Assembly: GCA_965213685.1 (NCBI GenBank)
Contig: CBDBZY010000036.1
Span: 96,001 to 160,000, forward strand
Source: a bacterium
GTDB lineage: Bacteria > UBA8248
Direction: 5' to 3'
Length of the DNA: 64,000 nt
The translations under genes and the position numbers were made by a program. Of this stretch, positions 31,755 to 41,538 are shown piece after piece (the first letter of the stretch is position 1; the number at the start of each line of letters is the position of its first letter). Under the pieces are notes generated by a model. The model saw only the letters and a program-made list of their open reading frames with translations. It was not told where the DNA came from and did not search any database.

Positions 31755-32792
31755 TCAGGCCACCGCCGGTGCGACCTCCCGCGCGAACCTCTCCAGAAAC
31801 CTGAGAGACGCCCCATGCTTCATCCCGTCGCCGTAGACGCCCAGGATCACGTGATTCAGGCCAAACTCGTCCCGCAAGCGCCGGAGCTCCCGAACGTTCT
31901 CCTCCACGGAGCCGATGACGCCGCCGCCGCTCAGGAATTCGCGCACGTCGAGCTTGTAGCTCCAGTTGCGCTGGAGGTGCCTCCCCTCCTCATCCGGAAA
32001 ATCAACCGCGTTCACTCGCGCACGGTATTCCAGGTAGGAGGAAAAACCCTCTGCGAAGCTGCCCATGTAGTCGGCCCGCTCCTCATCCTCGCAGACGTAG
32101 AACCGATGCACCATGGCGTAATCGATGCCGGACAAATCCCCCCCGGCCGCCGCCACGGCCTCTTCGTAGCGCCGCATCTTCTCCCGATACACTTCCGGTC
32201 CCTTGAAGCCGGCGGAGGCCATGATCTTGAACCCGTTGGCCCCCGCGTACGCGTAGGTTTCCGGGCTGGTGCCCGCCAGCCAGATGGGAGGCCTCGGCTT
32301 TTGCAGGGGTTGGGGGAATATGCGCGCGTCCCTGCACCGGTAATGCGCCCCCTCGAACGTCACCTCCTCTCCCGCCAGAAGCCGGGAGACGATCTCCAGC
32401 CCCTCCTGGAGGCGTTTTCTGCTCTCCGAGGGTTTTGCGCCGAACGTCTTGAATTCCTTGGGCTGGGAGCCGCGGCCTACGCCCAGGTCCAGCCGCCCGC
32501 CGCTCAGCAAATCGACCATCGCCGCCTGCTCGGCCAGACGCACCGGATTGTGAAACGGGAGGATGGATATCGCCGTCCCCAGGCGTATGCGCCTCGTCTT
32601 CTGCGCCACCGCCGCGCACCAGAGCAGCGGGTCCGGGCACATCCCCACTTTGGAGAAGTGATGCTCCGCGAACCAGGCGCAGTGATAGCCCAGCTCATCG
32701 GCCGCCTGGCACTGCTCCATCACCTTCTGGTAGGCGTCCGCCTCGGATTCCTCCCCCCGCGGGCATATCACGTAGAAAATCGAAAATTTCAT
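31755..32792 (-). CDS. LLM class flavin-dependent oxidoreductase
   Basis: WFAEHH, RIRLGT, HNPVRLAEQAAMVDLLSGGRLDLGVGRG, FAREVAP. Confidence 0.93.
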   Translation of the reverse strand: MKFSIFYVICPRGEESEADAYQKVMEQCQAADELGYHCAWFAEHHFSKVGMCPDPLLWCAAVAQKTRRIRLGTAISILPFHNPVRLAEQAAMVDLLSGGRLDLGVGRGSQPKEFKTFGAKPSESRKRLQEGLEIVSRLLAGEEVTFEGAHYRCRDARIFPQPLQKPRPPIWLAGTSPETYAYAGANGFKIMASAGFKGPEVYREKMRRYEEAVAAAGGDLSGIDYAMVHRFYVCEDEERADYMGSFAEGFSSYLEYRARVNAVDFPDEEGRHLQRNWSYKLDVREFLSGGGVIGSVEENVRELRRLRDEFGLNHVILGVYGDGMKHGASLRFLERFAREVAPAVA

Positions 32793-33040
32793 CTCGGCCC
32801 ATCCCTTCGTATCGTCTCGTGCGCGCGTCGATTTCCCCTGCCCGCGCCGGCGGCCTGGACTCGCGGCGCTTATCCACCAGGAACGAACGCGGCCATCAGG
32901 AACGCGGCGGGCGATTCTCCATGGGGCGGTGGCCTGCAACATACCACTTTCCCCGCACCCTGCGAAGCGCCTCGGGATGGGCGAGACAATTCTCCCGCCC
33001 TAGGCTAGGATGAAGGGCGTCCCGGGAGGAGGATACCGAT

Positions 33041-33790
33041 ATGCGTTTTGAGGGCAGAACCATCATCGTCACCGGCGCGGGCGCAGGCATCGGCCGTGCG
33101 AGCGCACGCAGGCTCGCCCGCGAGGGTGCCTGCGTCGTCTGCATGGACATCGCGGAATCGCGCGAGGAGACGGCCGGACTCATCAAGGAGCGTGGCGTGG
33201 GCGATGGGATCGCGGCGGCACTCGACGCCTTTGACCCAGAGGGGGTGAAGGAGGTTTTTCAGGAGACCATTCGCGCCCGCGGGCCGATTGACGGCCTCGT
33301 CAACTGCGTGGGCGGCGGCCTGCCCGCATCGGCACTGGAGGTGGACGAGCGGGCGTTTGACAGAATGTTCGAGGCGAACGTGAAAAGCGTCTATCGCACC
33401 TGCTGGGCGGTGCTGCCCCACATGCGGGCACAGGGAGCGGGCAAAATCGTCAATTTCTCCTCCGTCGCGGGCCGTTCGGCCAGCGTGCTCCAGGGCCCGC
33501 ACTATTCGAGTTCCAAGGCGGCCGTCATCGGCTTGACGCGCCACCTCGCGCGCGAGTTCGGCCCGCATCACATCAACGTGAACGCGATCGCCCCCGGCGT
33601 CATCGGCACCAGGCGCATCCTCGAGCAGATGAGCGACGCGCAGAGGAAAAAGACCGAGGCCGCCACGCCGCTGGGGCGCATCGGCACGCCCGAGGACGTC
33701 GCGGGCGTCGTCGCCTTTCTCGCCTCTGAGGACGCGCGCCACGTCACGGGCGTCACCATCGACGTGAACGGGGGCTTCTTCCTGGCCTAG
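33041..33790 (+). CDS. SDR family oxidoreductase
   Basis: TGAGAGIG, YSSSK, APG, VNGG. Confidence 0.93.
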   Translation: MRFEGRTIIVTGAGAGIGRASARRLAREGACVVCMDIAESREETAGLIKERGVGDGIAAALDAFDPEGVKEVFQETIRARGPIDGLVNCVGGGLPASALEVDERAFDRMFEANVKSVYRTCWAVLPHMRAQGAGKIVNFSSVAGRSASVLQGPHYSSSKAAVIGLTRHLAREFGPHHINVNAIAPGVIGTRRILEQMSDAQRKKTEAATPLGRIGTPEDVAGVVAFLASEDARHVTGVTIDVNGGFFLA

Positions 33791-33804
33791 ACGGGGGAGT
33801 GCGG

Positions 33805-35931
33805 CTACGGCCTGCGAGGTTCCGCCTCCACGGCGCCCGTCCCGGGCGCGAAGTCCCTGGGCCGCATCAGCTGCATGGAGACAGACACGAGCATCAGCAC
33901 AAGCCCGGCCGTCTTGAGCCAGATTCCGTTCCAGAACAGCGCGACGCCCGCCACGCCCATGAGAACGCGATCCAACACCGTGAGGATGCGCAGGAAGAAG
34001 CCCTCCAGGGCTGCCGAAGTGCATATGAAGCCCAGGGCTGCGCTCACCCAGACCAGAATGACCTGATCCCAGGGGCCGTTGATCAGAATCGGCGTGTAGG
34101 CCATCAGCAGGGGCACGACATAGAGGGGCTTCGCCAGCTTCAGGGAGATGAAGCCGGTTCGCATCGGGTCGCACTGCGCGACGCCTGCGGCCACGAACGC
34201 GCCGAGGGCGAACGGCGGCGTGAGCGCGGCGTCCTGGCTCAGCCAGAGGATGATCATGTGCGCGGTGAACATCGAGAGGCCAAAGTCCATGAGCGCGGGC
34301 CCGGCCAGGATGGCGATGAGGATGTAGCTCGCCGTGATCGTCATCCCCATCCCCAGGATGTAGCTGGCCAGTGCCACGAGGGCCACCGCCAGAAAGAGCA
34401 TGTTGTTCGAGTAGGAGAGGATGATGGCCGTCATCTTTTGGGCCAGGTCCGGATGCGTGACGCCGGTGAGCACGAGGCCCATCACGCCCGCCGTCGCGCC
34501 GATGACGAGGGAGTTGACCGACCCGGTGACGAACGCATCCCCGATTTCCGACATGATGCGCCGCGCTTCCCTGTGCCGCCACGCCAGGAAGCACGCGACG
34601 CCCACGTAGAGATACACCGCATCGCCGCCATAGACGATGCTGGCCACGAAGACGGCGGCCTCCAGTCCCAGCAGATACCAGCACCGCTGCTTGAACGTGC
34701 TCACCACAACGGAGGCGACGATGGCCCAGAAGCCCGCGAAAAACGGCGAGAACTGCACGATGAGCAGCACGATGAGCAGCGCGATGGGGATGAGCAGCAC
34801 CCCGTCTTTTTTCAGGACGCCCCAGAAGTCGGGCAACTCCTCCCTGGAGAGGCCCTGCAGATTGTTTCTGCTCGCGTAGTAGTGCACCGACATGAAGACG
34901 GACAGATAATAGAGGAGCGCGGGCACCAGGCTCACGAGCGCGACCTTGTAGTATGGCGTCTCGGTCATCGCCGCCAGGATGAAGGCGGCGGACGCCATGA
35001 TGGGAGGCATCAGATGGCCGCCGATGCTGGCGACCGCCTCCGTCGCCGCCGCGTAGGTGGCCCGAAAGCCGCCGCGCTTCATGAGGGGTATCGTGAAAGT
35101 CCCCGTGATGACGATGTTCGCCGCCCCGCTGCCCACGATGGAGCCCACGAGGCCGCTCGACACCACCGCCGCCTTCGCGGCGCCTCCCTTGTAGCGTCCC
35201 ACCAGCGCAAAGGCGAGATCGACGAACACGTCGCCCACGCGGGTGGCCTGCAGCAGCGCGCCGAAGATCAGGAAGATGAACACGACCTGCGCATAGACGC
35301 GGGTGATCACGCCGTAGATGCCGGACTGGCTGTAGAGATAGCCCATCACATAGCCGAACTCGGCGCCCTTGTGCGCCAGAAGGCCGGGGAACATCGGCCC
35401 CGCCCAGTCGTAGAACAGGAATACGATGGCGACTATCGGCAGCACCAGGCCCAGCACGCGGCGGCACGTCTCCCACACGAGACAGGCGGCCGTGAAGCCG
35501 AACACCACGTCGTTCCACTCCACGATGCCCGCCCTGTCGCCCCGATCGTCGTAGAAGTATATGAACTCGATCATCACGACGAGGCTAAGCACGCACCACA
35601 GAATGTCCCAGGACGAGGGCCTGTTCCGGGGCGAGCTCGCTTTGCAGGGATACAGCAGGAAGGTGAGAACGGACGTAAAGCAGATGAACGCGGGCAGGGA
35701 GAATTGCTCCCCGTAATACGGGATGTAGGGAAACTCGAGTTGTGCCAGAGCGAGGTTTCGCGGACCGAAGAGGGTGTAGCTTCCGTTCACCGCGCCGAAG
35801 AGAAAATACGCGGCGAAGATAAAGCCCACCACGCGCAGCGTCCAGAGCGAAGGGCCGCTCAGCGTTCGCGTCTGGGCGAGGCCCGCCCCGAGGACGTTTC
35901 CGATTCTCTCTATGATTCGGCGAACACTCAA
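33805..35931 (-). CDS. TRAP transporter fused (4TM/12TM) permease
   Basis: GGAAKAAVVSS, TGTFTIPLMK, MPPIM, LGMGM, LTPP; downstream of TAXI. Confidence 0.92.
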   Translation of the reverse strand: MSVRRIIERIGNVLGAGLAQTRTLSGPSLWTLRVVGFIFAAYFLFGAVNGSYTLFGPRNLALAQLEFPYIPYYGEQFSLPAFICFTSVLTFLLYPCKASSPRNRPSSWDILWCVLSLVVMIEFIYFYDDRGDRAGIVEWNDVVFGFTAACLVWETCRRVLGLVLPIVAIVFLFYDWAGPMFPGLLAHKGAEFGYVMGYLYSQSGIYGVITRVYAQVVFIFLIFGALLQATRVGDVFVDLAFALVGRYKGGAAKAAVVSSGLVGSIVGSGAANIVITGTFTIPLMKRGGFRATYAAATEAVASIGGHLMPPIMASAAFILAAMTETPYYKVALVSLVPALLYYLSVFMSVHYYASRNNLQGLSREELPDFWGVLKKDGVLLIPIALLIVLLIVQFSPFFAGFWAIVASVVVSTFKQRCWYLLGLEAAVFVASIVYGGDAVYLYVGVACFLAWRHREARRIMSEIGDAFVTGSVNSLVIGATAGVMGLVLTGVTHPDLAQKMTAIILSYSNNMLFLAVALVALASYILGMGMTITASYILIAILAGPALMDFGLSMFTAHMIILWLSQDAALTPPFALGAFVAAGVAQCDPMRTGFISLKLAKPLYVVPLLMAYTPILINGPWDQVILVWVSAALGFICTSAALEGFFLRILTVLDRVLMGVAGVALFWNGIWLKTAGLVLMLVSVSMQLMRPRDFAPGTGAVEAEPRRP

Positions 35932-36008
35932 ATCATCATCCCCCAGGGGCGCGGCGAAAAAATTCCGGCAAGGGCGCGCAGAACGGTCGCACTGGCAAAC
36001 AAAACATA

Positions 36009-36037
36009 CCGGCCGGGAGCGCGCGGCCCCCGGCCGG
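36009..36037 (-). terminator. Intercistronic GC-rich stem-loop after the TAXI gene
   Basis: ccggccggg...cccggccgg inverted repeat just after the TAXI stop. Confidence 0.45.
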
Positions 36038-36060
36038 CAGAAACTACCAGTCCTGCGTCA

Positions 36061-37038
36061 TCAGTTCGGCAGCTTGTAGCCAACTTCCTTCCAATACCGC
36101 GCAGCCCCCGGGTGCACTTTCATGCCGATGGCGGCCATCTGGTCCAGACCCGGAGCCATGGCGAAGCCGGAGGCCCAGCCCCTGTGGACTTTCAGCAGGA
36201 ATTCGCGGCCTTTTTTCGAGAAGTTGAGCCGGGCCACTTCATAGACGACGTCGGCGGGCACGTTGCAGCCCACGATGGTCCACGCGGCGTAGCCGATGGT
36301 GGGCACGGGCTTGTCCACGCCGTTATACGCCCCCTTGACGATGTCGGTCTTGAAGTAGGCCTTGTTCGACTTCAAGAGGCCCTCGCCCACCTTCCCGTCC
36401 ACCGGCAGAAGGTTGATGGGACTCGAGGTCGCGAGCTTCAGGACGGCCGGTGAGGGGACGGGATTCGGGATGGTGAAGGCGTCGAGCCGGTTGTCCTTCA
36501 CGGCGTCCGCCGCCACGTTCCAGTTCAGGTTCTCCTCGCGCACCTTGATGCCGGCGAGATTGACGACGGTGTCCGTCATGAAGTGCGTGCTGCTGCCCCG
36601 GCGCGCGAAGCTCACGCGCTTGCCGTTGAGCTGCGCGATGGTTTTGATGCCGGAGTCCTTGCGCACGGCGATGTGGAACTGGGAGACCGTGCCGGGGCCC
36701 ATGCCGCACTGGTTCTTGTAGGGCTTCTTGAACATTTTCTTGCCCTGAATCGCCAGCTGCACGAGCGTGGCCACGCCCAGGGCGAACTCCGCCTTGCCGT
36801 TTTCGATGAGGCGGATGTCCTCGACCGCCCCGCGCGTGGTGAGGTTGTTCATCTCCACGGTTTTGGATTCTTTCGACACCAACGCGGCGAGACCGCCCCA
36901 GATCACATAGGCGGCGGCACCCGGCCCCGCACCGGCGACCGAGGTTTTGATGCGCGCGGCTTCCGCCCTCGAGAAGGACAGGCCGATCGCTAGGGTGAAC
37001 ACGATTGCCGCAAGAGCGGCGTTTCTCAGGCACTTCAT
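36061..37038 (-). CDS. TAXI family TRAP solute-binding subunit
   Basis: Signal peptide, TRGAVED, GKRVS...GSST, VHPGAARYWKE; AGGAGGAG RBS. Confidence 0.92.
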   Translation of the reverse strand: MKCLRNAALAAIVFTLAIGLSFSRAEAARIKTSVAGAGPGAAAYVIWGGLAALVSKESKTVEMNNLTTRGAVEDIRLIENGKAEFALGVATLVQLAIQGKKMFKKPYKNQCGMGPGTVSQFHIAVRKDSGIKTIAQLNGKRVSFARRGSSTHFMTDTVVNLAGIKVREENLNWNVAADAVKDNRLDAFTIPNPVPSPAVLKLATSSPINLLPVDGKVGEGLLKSNKAYFKTDIVKGAYNGVDKPVPTIGYAAWTIVGCNVPADVVYEVARLNFSKKGREFLLKVHRGWASGFAMAPGLDQMAAIGMKVHPGAARYWKEVGYKLPN

Positions 37039-37340
37039 CTGTTCTCCTCCTTGGTCAATAAGTGGTGCAACGAAATTGCAAAACGCCCGGCACAACAATG
37101 ATGAAAATGAAAGCACAAGACATTTCATCTTCATGAAACATCGCAACATCCGAAGGTGGCTCCGCGCGCCCCCATGCGAAAAACGCAAAAGAATGCGATG
37201 CGCCTCTCTCCCCCGGCTCGCAGCATCATTTGTTGCTGCACAAAATACCCGTATGGGAAAATCCTAAACCATCCACGAGGGAAAAAGCAAGAAACATCGG
37301 GACGCGGCGGCAAAAACCGGGTTCCGGCGAAACGGACGGG

Positions 37341-38729
37341 TCAACGACGGCTTCCACACCCTTCGCCCATATCCGGCATTTCCTCCGGAAATTCCGACCT
37401 CCAGCCCAACTCCGCCTCGCACCACCGGGCGGCGGCAAGAAGCGCGGCCTCCCCAAAGCGTCGTCCGCCCAGCTGAATCCCGATGGGCAGGTGATTCTCG
37501 CCCCTGCCCACGGGCAGGGTGAGCGCCGGAAACCCGATCTGCGTGAAGGGCTCGTTGAACAAGGCGCTTCCGGTCGATTCCTCGGCGGGCGGGGCGCACG
37601 AGACGTGGGCGGGCAGGACGAGGAGGTCGAACCTCCGGCAAACGTCCGCCATCTTCCGGGTGAATCTCGCGCGGAACCGCAAGGCGTTCACGTAATGAAC
37701 CGCCGGCGTCATGAGGCCGCCAGAGATGTTCTCGTGAATTTCGGGAGCGTACGCCTCCTGGTTCTCCAAAAACATCTCCCCGTGCCAGGAAGCCGCCTCC
37801 ACCCGCATGATGATGCGATGCGCCGCGTGCATCTCCTCCATATCCACCGGCAGCCTCGCCTCCTCGACCTCCACCCCCCGGGCCTTCAGGCTCGCCACGC
37901 GCTCCTCGATTCTATCGGCCACCTCCCGACTCGCGCGGGGGAGGAAATCCTCCTTCCAGAAGCATACCCGCTCGGGCCTTCTCGGGGCGGAGGCGCGCGC
38001 GTAGTCCGGCACCGCGACCTCGGGTGCCCCGGCGTCCCGCCCGTCCGCCCCGGCGATGGCGGTGAGCAGGCGCGCCGCGTCCTCCGCGCATCTGGTGATG
38101 ATCCCGACGTGGTCCAGTCGCCAGGACACCGGCACGAGTCCGCTCCTCGGTATCCGCCCATAGGTGGGCTTCAGTCCCACCACCCCGCAAAACGCCGAGG
38201 GCCTCAGCGTCGAGCCGCCCGTCTGGCTGCCCAGGGCGGCCGGTGCCATTCCGGCGGCCACGGCCGCGGCGGAACCGCTGCTGGAGCCGCCGGGGCTTCG
38301 CTTCAGGTTCCAGGGATTCCGCGTAACCGAAGGGTCCGAGGTGGCGAACTGCGTGGTGATCGTCTTCCCCAGAAAAACAGCGCCCGCCTCCCGGAGACGG
38401 CGCGCGAGGGTGGCGTCCTCGTCCGGCAAATGGCCCGCAAACAGGGGCGAGCCCGCCTCGCGCGGCATTCCGGCGACATCCACAATATCCTTGAACCCGA
38501 TGGCGGCGCCCGCGAGCGGCCCTTCCCCGGCCCCGCTTGCGAGCCGCTCATCCATCCGCCCGGCGCTGCGGAGGGCGCCCTCCCCGTCCAGGTGCGCCCA
38601 CGCCCGCACTCCCGGCTCCACCGCCTCTATCCTGGCCAGCAGGGAGCGCGTCCACTCCAAGGCGGACAGGCCGCCCTCCCGGATGCTCCGCAACCCGTCA
38701 GAGAGGCTCAAGCGCCAGGGCTCCCGCAT
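37341..38729 (-). CDS. Amidase (amidase signature family)
   Basis: GFKD, PGGSSSGSAAAVA, GSQTGGSTLRPSAFCGVVGLKPTYG (Lys-cisSer-Ser triad). Confidence 0.95.
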   Translation of the reverse strand: MREPWRLSLSDGLRSIREGGLSALEWTRSLLARIEAVEPGVRAWAHLDGEGALRSAGRMDERLASGAGEGPLAGAAIGFKDIVDVAGMPREAGSPLFAGHLPDEDATLARRLREAGAVFLGKTITTQFATSDPSVTRNPWNLKRSPGGSSSGSAAAVAAGMAPAALGSQTGGSTLRPSAFCGVVGLKPTYGRIPRSGLVPVSWRLDHVGIITRCAEDAARLLTAIAGADGRDAGAPEVAVPDYARASAPRRPERVCFWKEDFLPRASREVADRIEERVASLKARGVEVEEARLPVDMEEMHAAHRIIMRVEAASWHGEMFLENQEAYAPEIHENISGGLMTPAVHYVNALRFRARFTRKMADVCRRFDLLVLPAHVSCAPPAEESTGSALFNEPFTQIGFPALTLPVGRGENHLPIGIQLGGRRFGEAALLAAARWCEAELGWRSEFPEEMPDMGEGCGSRR

Positions 38730-38773
38730 TTTTCATCCCTCCCCGCCAAGCGGCCGGTTCTTCTCGCCGCGCC

Positions 38774-38947
38774 TTACCTGTCCAGCGCTTCCAGTTTTTC
38801 GAGTATTCCGGCCAAATGCGGCTTCCCTCCGGCCGGCGGGCGCCAGTTCACGTGCGTCACGGGCACATTCTGGCGCCGCAGTTCATCCGCGAATATCTCC
38901 AGACCCAGATTCACCACTTCGAGCGGCCTGTCGCGCAAATCTTTCAT
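38774..38947 (-). CDS. Stand-alone FdrA C-terminal domain protein (57 aa)
   Basis: VVNLGLEIFADEL...VNWRPPAGG...L resembles the C-terminal tail of E. coli FdrA (recalled as VINIGLRSF...WSPVAGG); start could be 38965. Confidence 0.7.
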   Translation of the reverse strand: MKDLRDRPLEVVNLGLEIFADELRRQNVPVTHVNWRPPAGGKPHLAGILEKLEALDR

Positions 38948-39041
38948 GTCATGCGCCTCACCCATCTCCGGGCGACTCCCGAGCGTCCAGAGCCGGCGAC
39001 GCACACCGCGCGGCCCCTCCCCTCCCCGAAACGAAAACCGC

Positions 39042-40577
39042 TCATCCGGCGTCGAGCAGCTCCGGGCGGATCAGCGCCGCCGCAAAGCGGGCCGCCTGCG
39101 CACTAGAGGGCAAGACCACCGCGCCGGCTTCCTCCAGAACTCCTATTTGCCCGCCCATGTCCTGCGGATCATTCGCCGTCCCCACCACCGAGGCGACAAA
39201 AAGCAGGCTCCGCGCCCGCGACCCCGCCTCCCGTATCGCCCGCGCCAGAGCACCCGCCGGGTCCGCAGCACTCCCCCTGCCCAGAATGAGGTCGAACAGC
39301 ACCACGCCCGTGTTTTCATCCGTCGCCGCTTCCCGCACCATCTCCGCCCGGGGCTGCGGGTCGATCATCGGGTGGGGCTTCCCCGCCGTGTAGCGGTCAT
39401 CCCCCAGGTCCAGGATGCGGTGGCGGCCCGCCTCCCCGTTCCAGGCTATCTCCTCGCCGAGCAGCGAGCCGATGATGAGGCGGCTTTCATGGGCGAGCGT
39501 CCCTCCGGAGAACAGGCCCAGAATCCCCCCTCCCCCGGGACTGCGCTCCCGGCCCAGCGAGGCGATTCTCTCCTTCCAGCCCATCCGCGCGAAGGAGTCT
39601 TCCGGCAGGCGGCGTTCCCCCTGCAGAATCTCCGCCACGGCACGGCCCGCATCCTCCAGACTCTTCGCCCACCTCGGGTTCTCCGCGCCCAGAAAGCATA
39701 CGACATGCGGCTTCTGCAGGGATTCCAACGCCTCCTCGATTTTGGGCAAGACCTCCGCTGCCGGCGGCTTGGACACAAGCGCCACGATCTGCGTTTCGGG
39801 ATCGGCGGACAAGAAGTCCAGGGCGCCGAGCGTCATCAGGCCGCCCACCTCGGCGGACAGGTCGCGCCCGCCCACGCCCACCCCGTGGGAGATGCCCTCG
39901 CCCAGGGCGTCCAGCTGCGATGCGAGGGACTGAAGCCCGGTGCCGGAGGCCGCGACGCAGCCCACGCGCCCCGGCCTCACCACGTTGGCGAACCCAAGCC
40001 CCGCGCCGCCGATGTAGGCCGTTCCGCAGTCGGGACCCATGAGGAGCAAGCCGCGCCGTATGGCCTCCCGCTTGAGAGCGACCTCATCATCCACCGACAC
40101 GTTGTCGCTGAACAAAAAAACGTGGAGCCCGCGGCGCAGCGCGTTCATGGCCTCCCGGGGGGCATACGCGCCGGGGAGGGATATCATCGCCAGGCTGGAG
40201 TCCGGGGCCGCGGCGAGCGCCCCCTCCAGACTCGAGGGCGAAAAATCGCGCCCCCCGCCGACAACGGACCGCTCTCGCGTCAGCAGAGCGGCTTTCGCCT
40301 CTTCGATCGCCTCGAGGGCGATCCCCCGGGAATCCGCCTCCACGGCCAGCATCAAATCATTCGGGCCGGCGTCCATGCCGTTTTCCCCGACGAGTCCGGC
40401 CTGCAGCATGATGTCGTGGTTCATGGGCGTGCCCATGAGCGCGGCCGCCTCGGAAACCCCCGCCCGGCTCCGAATCGTCCGCGCCAGGAGCATGAGCTGG
40501 ACGGAATCCTGGTAAAAGGAAGGCCATACGAAGCTGGCGAGTGCCAATGGATTATCGTTCTGCTTCGGCGGGCGCAT
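39042..40577 (-). CDS. fdrA: FdrA-family acyl-CoA synthetase-like protein
   Basis: YQDSVQLM, MGTPMN, FLFSDNV, MGPDCGT, ASGTG, GVGGRDL, FSGGTL, DLGDD, PHPMID; start may be TTG 40547. Confidence 0.88.
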   Translation of the reverse strand: MRPPKQNDNPLALASFVWPSFYQDSVQLMLLARTIRSRAGVSEAAALMGTPMNHDIMLQAGLVGENGMDAGPNDLMLAVEADSRGIALEAIEEAKAALLTRERSVVGGGRDFSPSSLEGALAAAPDSSLAMISLPGAYAPREAMNALRRGLHVFLFSDNVSVDDEVALKREAIRRGLLLMGPDCGTAYIGGAGLGFANVVRPGRVGCVAASGTGLQSLASQLDALGEGISHGVGVGGRDLSAEVGGLMTLGALDFLSADPETQIVALVSKPPAAEVLPKIEEALESLQKPHVVCFLGAENPRWAKSLEDAGRAVAEILQGERRLPEDSFARMGWKERIASLGRERSPGGGGILGLFSGGTLAHESRLIIGSLLGEEIAWNGEAGRHRILDLGDDRYTAGKPHPMIDPQPRAEMVREAATDENTGVVLFDLILGRGSAADPAGALARAIREAGSRARSLLFVASVVGTANDPQDMGGQIGVLEEAGAVVLPSSAQAARFAAALIRPELLDAG

Positions 40578-40752
40578 CGTCCGCCGGCGGGGAAAAAGGC
40601 TCCTGCGCTCTCTCGAACGAGTCGGACGACACCCTCTGGAGCATGTCCGCCACCTCGTCGGCGTATGCGGCGACGCGCTCCCCGCCCCGGAGGCCAAAAA
40701 CGCGCCGCGCCATTTGCTCGACGCTCGCGGCAACCCCGGCCCGACCGCTCAT
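40552..40752 (-). CDS. Small hypothetical protein (66 aa), possibly a GatC/AtzG-like amidase partner
   Basis: ATGA overlap with the ubiX stop; fills the ubiX-fdrA gap; helical core ending in EPF. Confidence 0.5.
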   Translation of the reverse strand: MSGRAGVAASVEQMARRVFGLRGGERVAAYADEVADMLQRVSSDSFERAQEPFSPPADDAPAEAER

Positions 40753-41513
40753 TCGACCGCCCCCGCGTCATGGCGCGCCGACAGGGTTTTCCGCGTGCGC
40801 TGCTGATTCGCGGGCGCTGCTGCGGGGCTGCCGGCCCCCGCGTCATGGCGCGCCGACAGGGTCTTCCGCGTGCGCTGCTGATTCGCGGGCGCTGCTGCGG
40901 GGCTGCCGGCTCCCGCGCCATGGCCCGCCGACAGGGTTTTCCGCTCCGGATGCTGTCCCCGCCAACGCTCGAACAGGTTCTGCTCCAGCCCCAGGGACGT
41001 AAGCGTCTTGCCCACCACGTGATCGACCAAATCCGCCATCGTCCGCGGCCGGAAGTAAAACCCGGGCGACGCCGGAAGGATGAAAACCCCCATCAGCGCG
41101 AGCTTGTGCATGTTCTCCAGGTGAATCGCGGAGAGCGGCATTTCGCGCGGCACGAGAACCAGCTTTTTTTGCTCCTTGAGCATCACGTCCGCCGCCCGGC
41201 AGATGAGGTTCTCGCCGGTGCCGGTGGCTATTTGCCCGAGCGTCTTGAGAGAGCAGGGCGCTATCGCCATCGCGTCGAAACCGGCGCTTCCGCTCGCGGG
41301 CCGCGCTCCGATATCTCCCTCTGGATGCACGACGCTCGCCCAGGAGGAGAGTCTGGCGACGTCCGCGTCCGTCTCGTAGGTCAGGACGCGAACCCCCGCT
41401 TTGGAGAGGACGAGGTGGGTCTCCACCTCGGGGTACGCGTCATGCAAAACCTGCATGAGGCGCACGCCGTATATCGCGCCCGAAGCGCCTGTGACGCCTA
41501 CCACCAGCTTCAT
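40749..41513 (-). CDS. ubiX: Flavin prenyltransferase UbiX with a repeat-derived C-terminal extension
   Basis: GVTGASGAIYG, ASGS, APCSLKTL, RAADVMLKE, PREMPL, PGFY. Confidence 0.93.
   Translation of the reverse strand: MKLVVGVTGASGAIYGVRLMQVLHDAYPEVETHLVLSKAGVRVLTYETDADVARLSSWASVVHPEGDIGARPASGSAGFDAMAIAPCSLKTLGQIATGTGENLICRAADVMLKEQKKLVLVPREMPLSAIHLENMHKLALMGVFILPASPGFYFRPRTMADLVDHVVGKTLTSLGLEQNLFERWRGQHPERKTLSAGHGAGAGSPAAAPANQQRTRKTLSARHDAGAGSPAAAPANQQRTRKTLSARHDAGAVE
40761..40944. repeat. 75-bp tandem repeat, ~2.45 copies, in the ubiX 3' end
   Basis: Copies at 40761-40835, 40836-40910 (1 mismatch) and partial 40911-40944; encodes RKTLSARHDAGAGSPAAAPANQQRT. Confidence 0.95.
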
Positions 41514-41538
41514 CGGCCAACTCCGGCTTCGGTGAAAT

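Noticed and set aside
39042-39044. Sec read-through of the fdrA TGA into the small downstream ORF
   Set aside because: The downstream ORF is in a different frame and the TGA is not at a conserved Cys position.
40761-40944. Possible CRISPR array
   Set aside because: The would-be spacers are identical, the unit is an in-frame 75-bp tandem repeat, and there are no cas genes.
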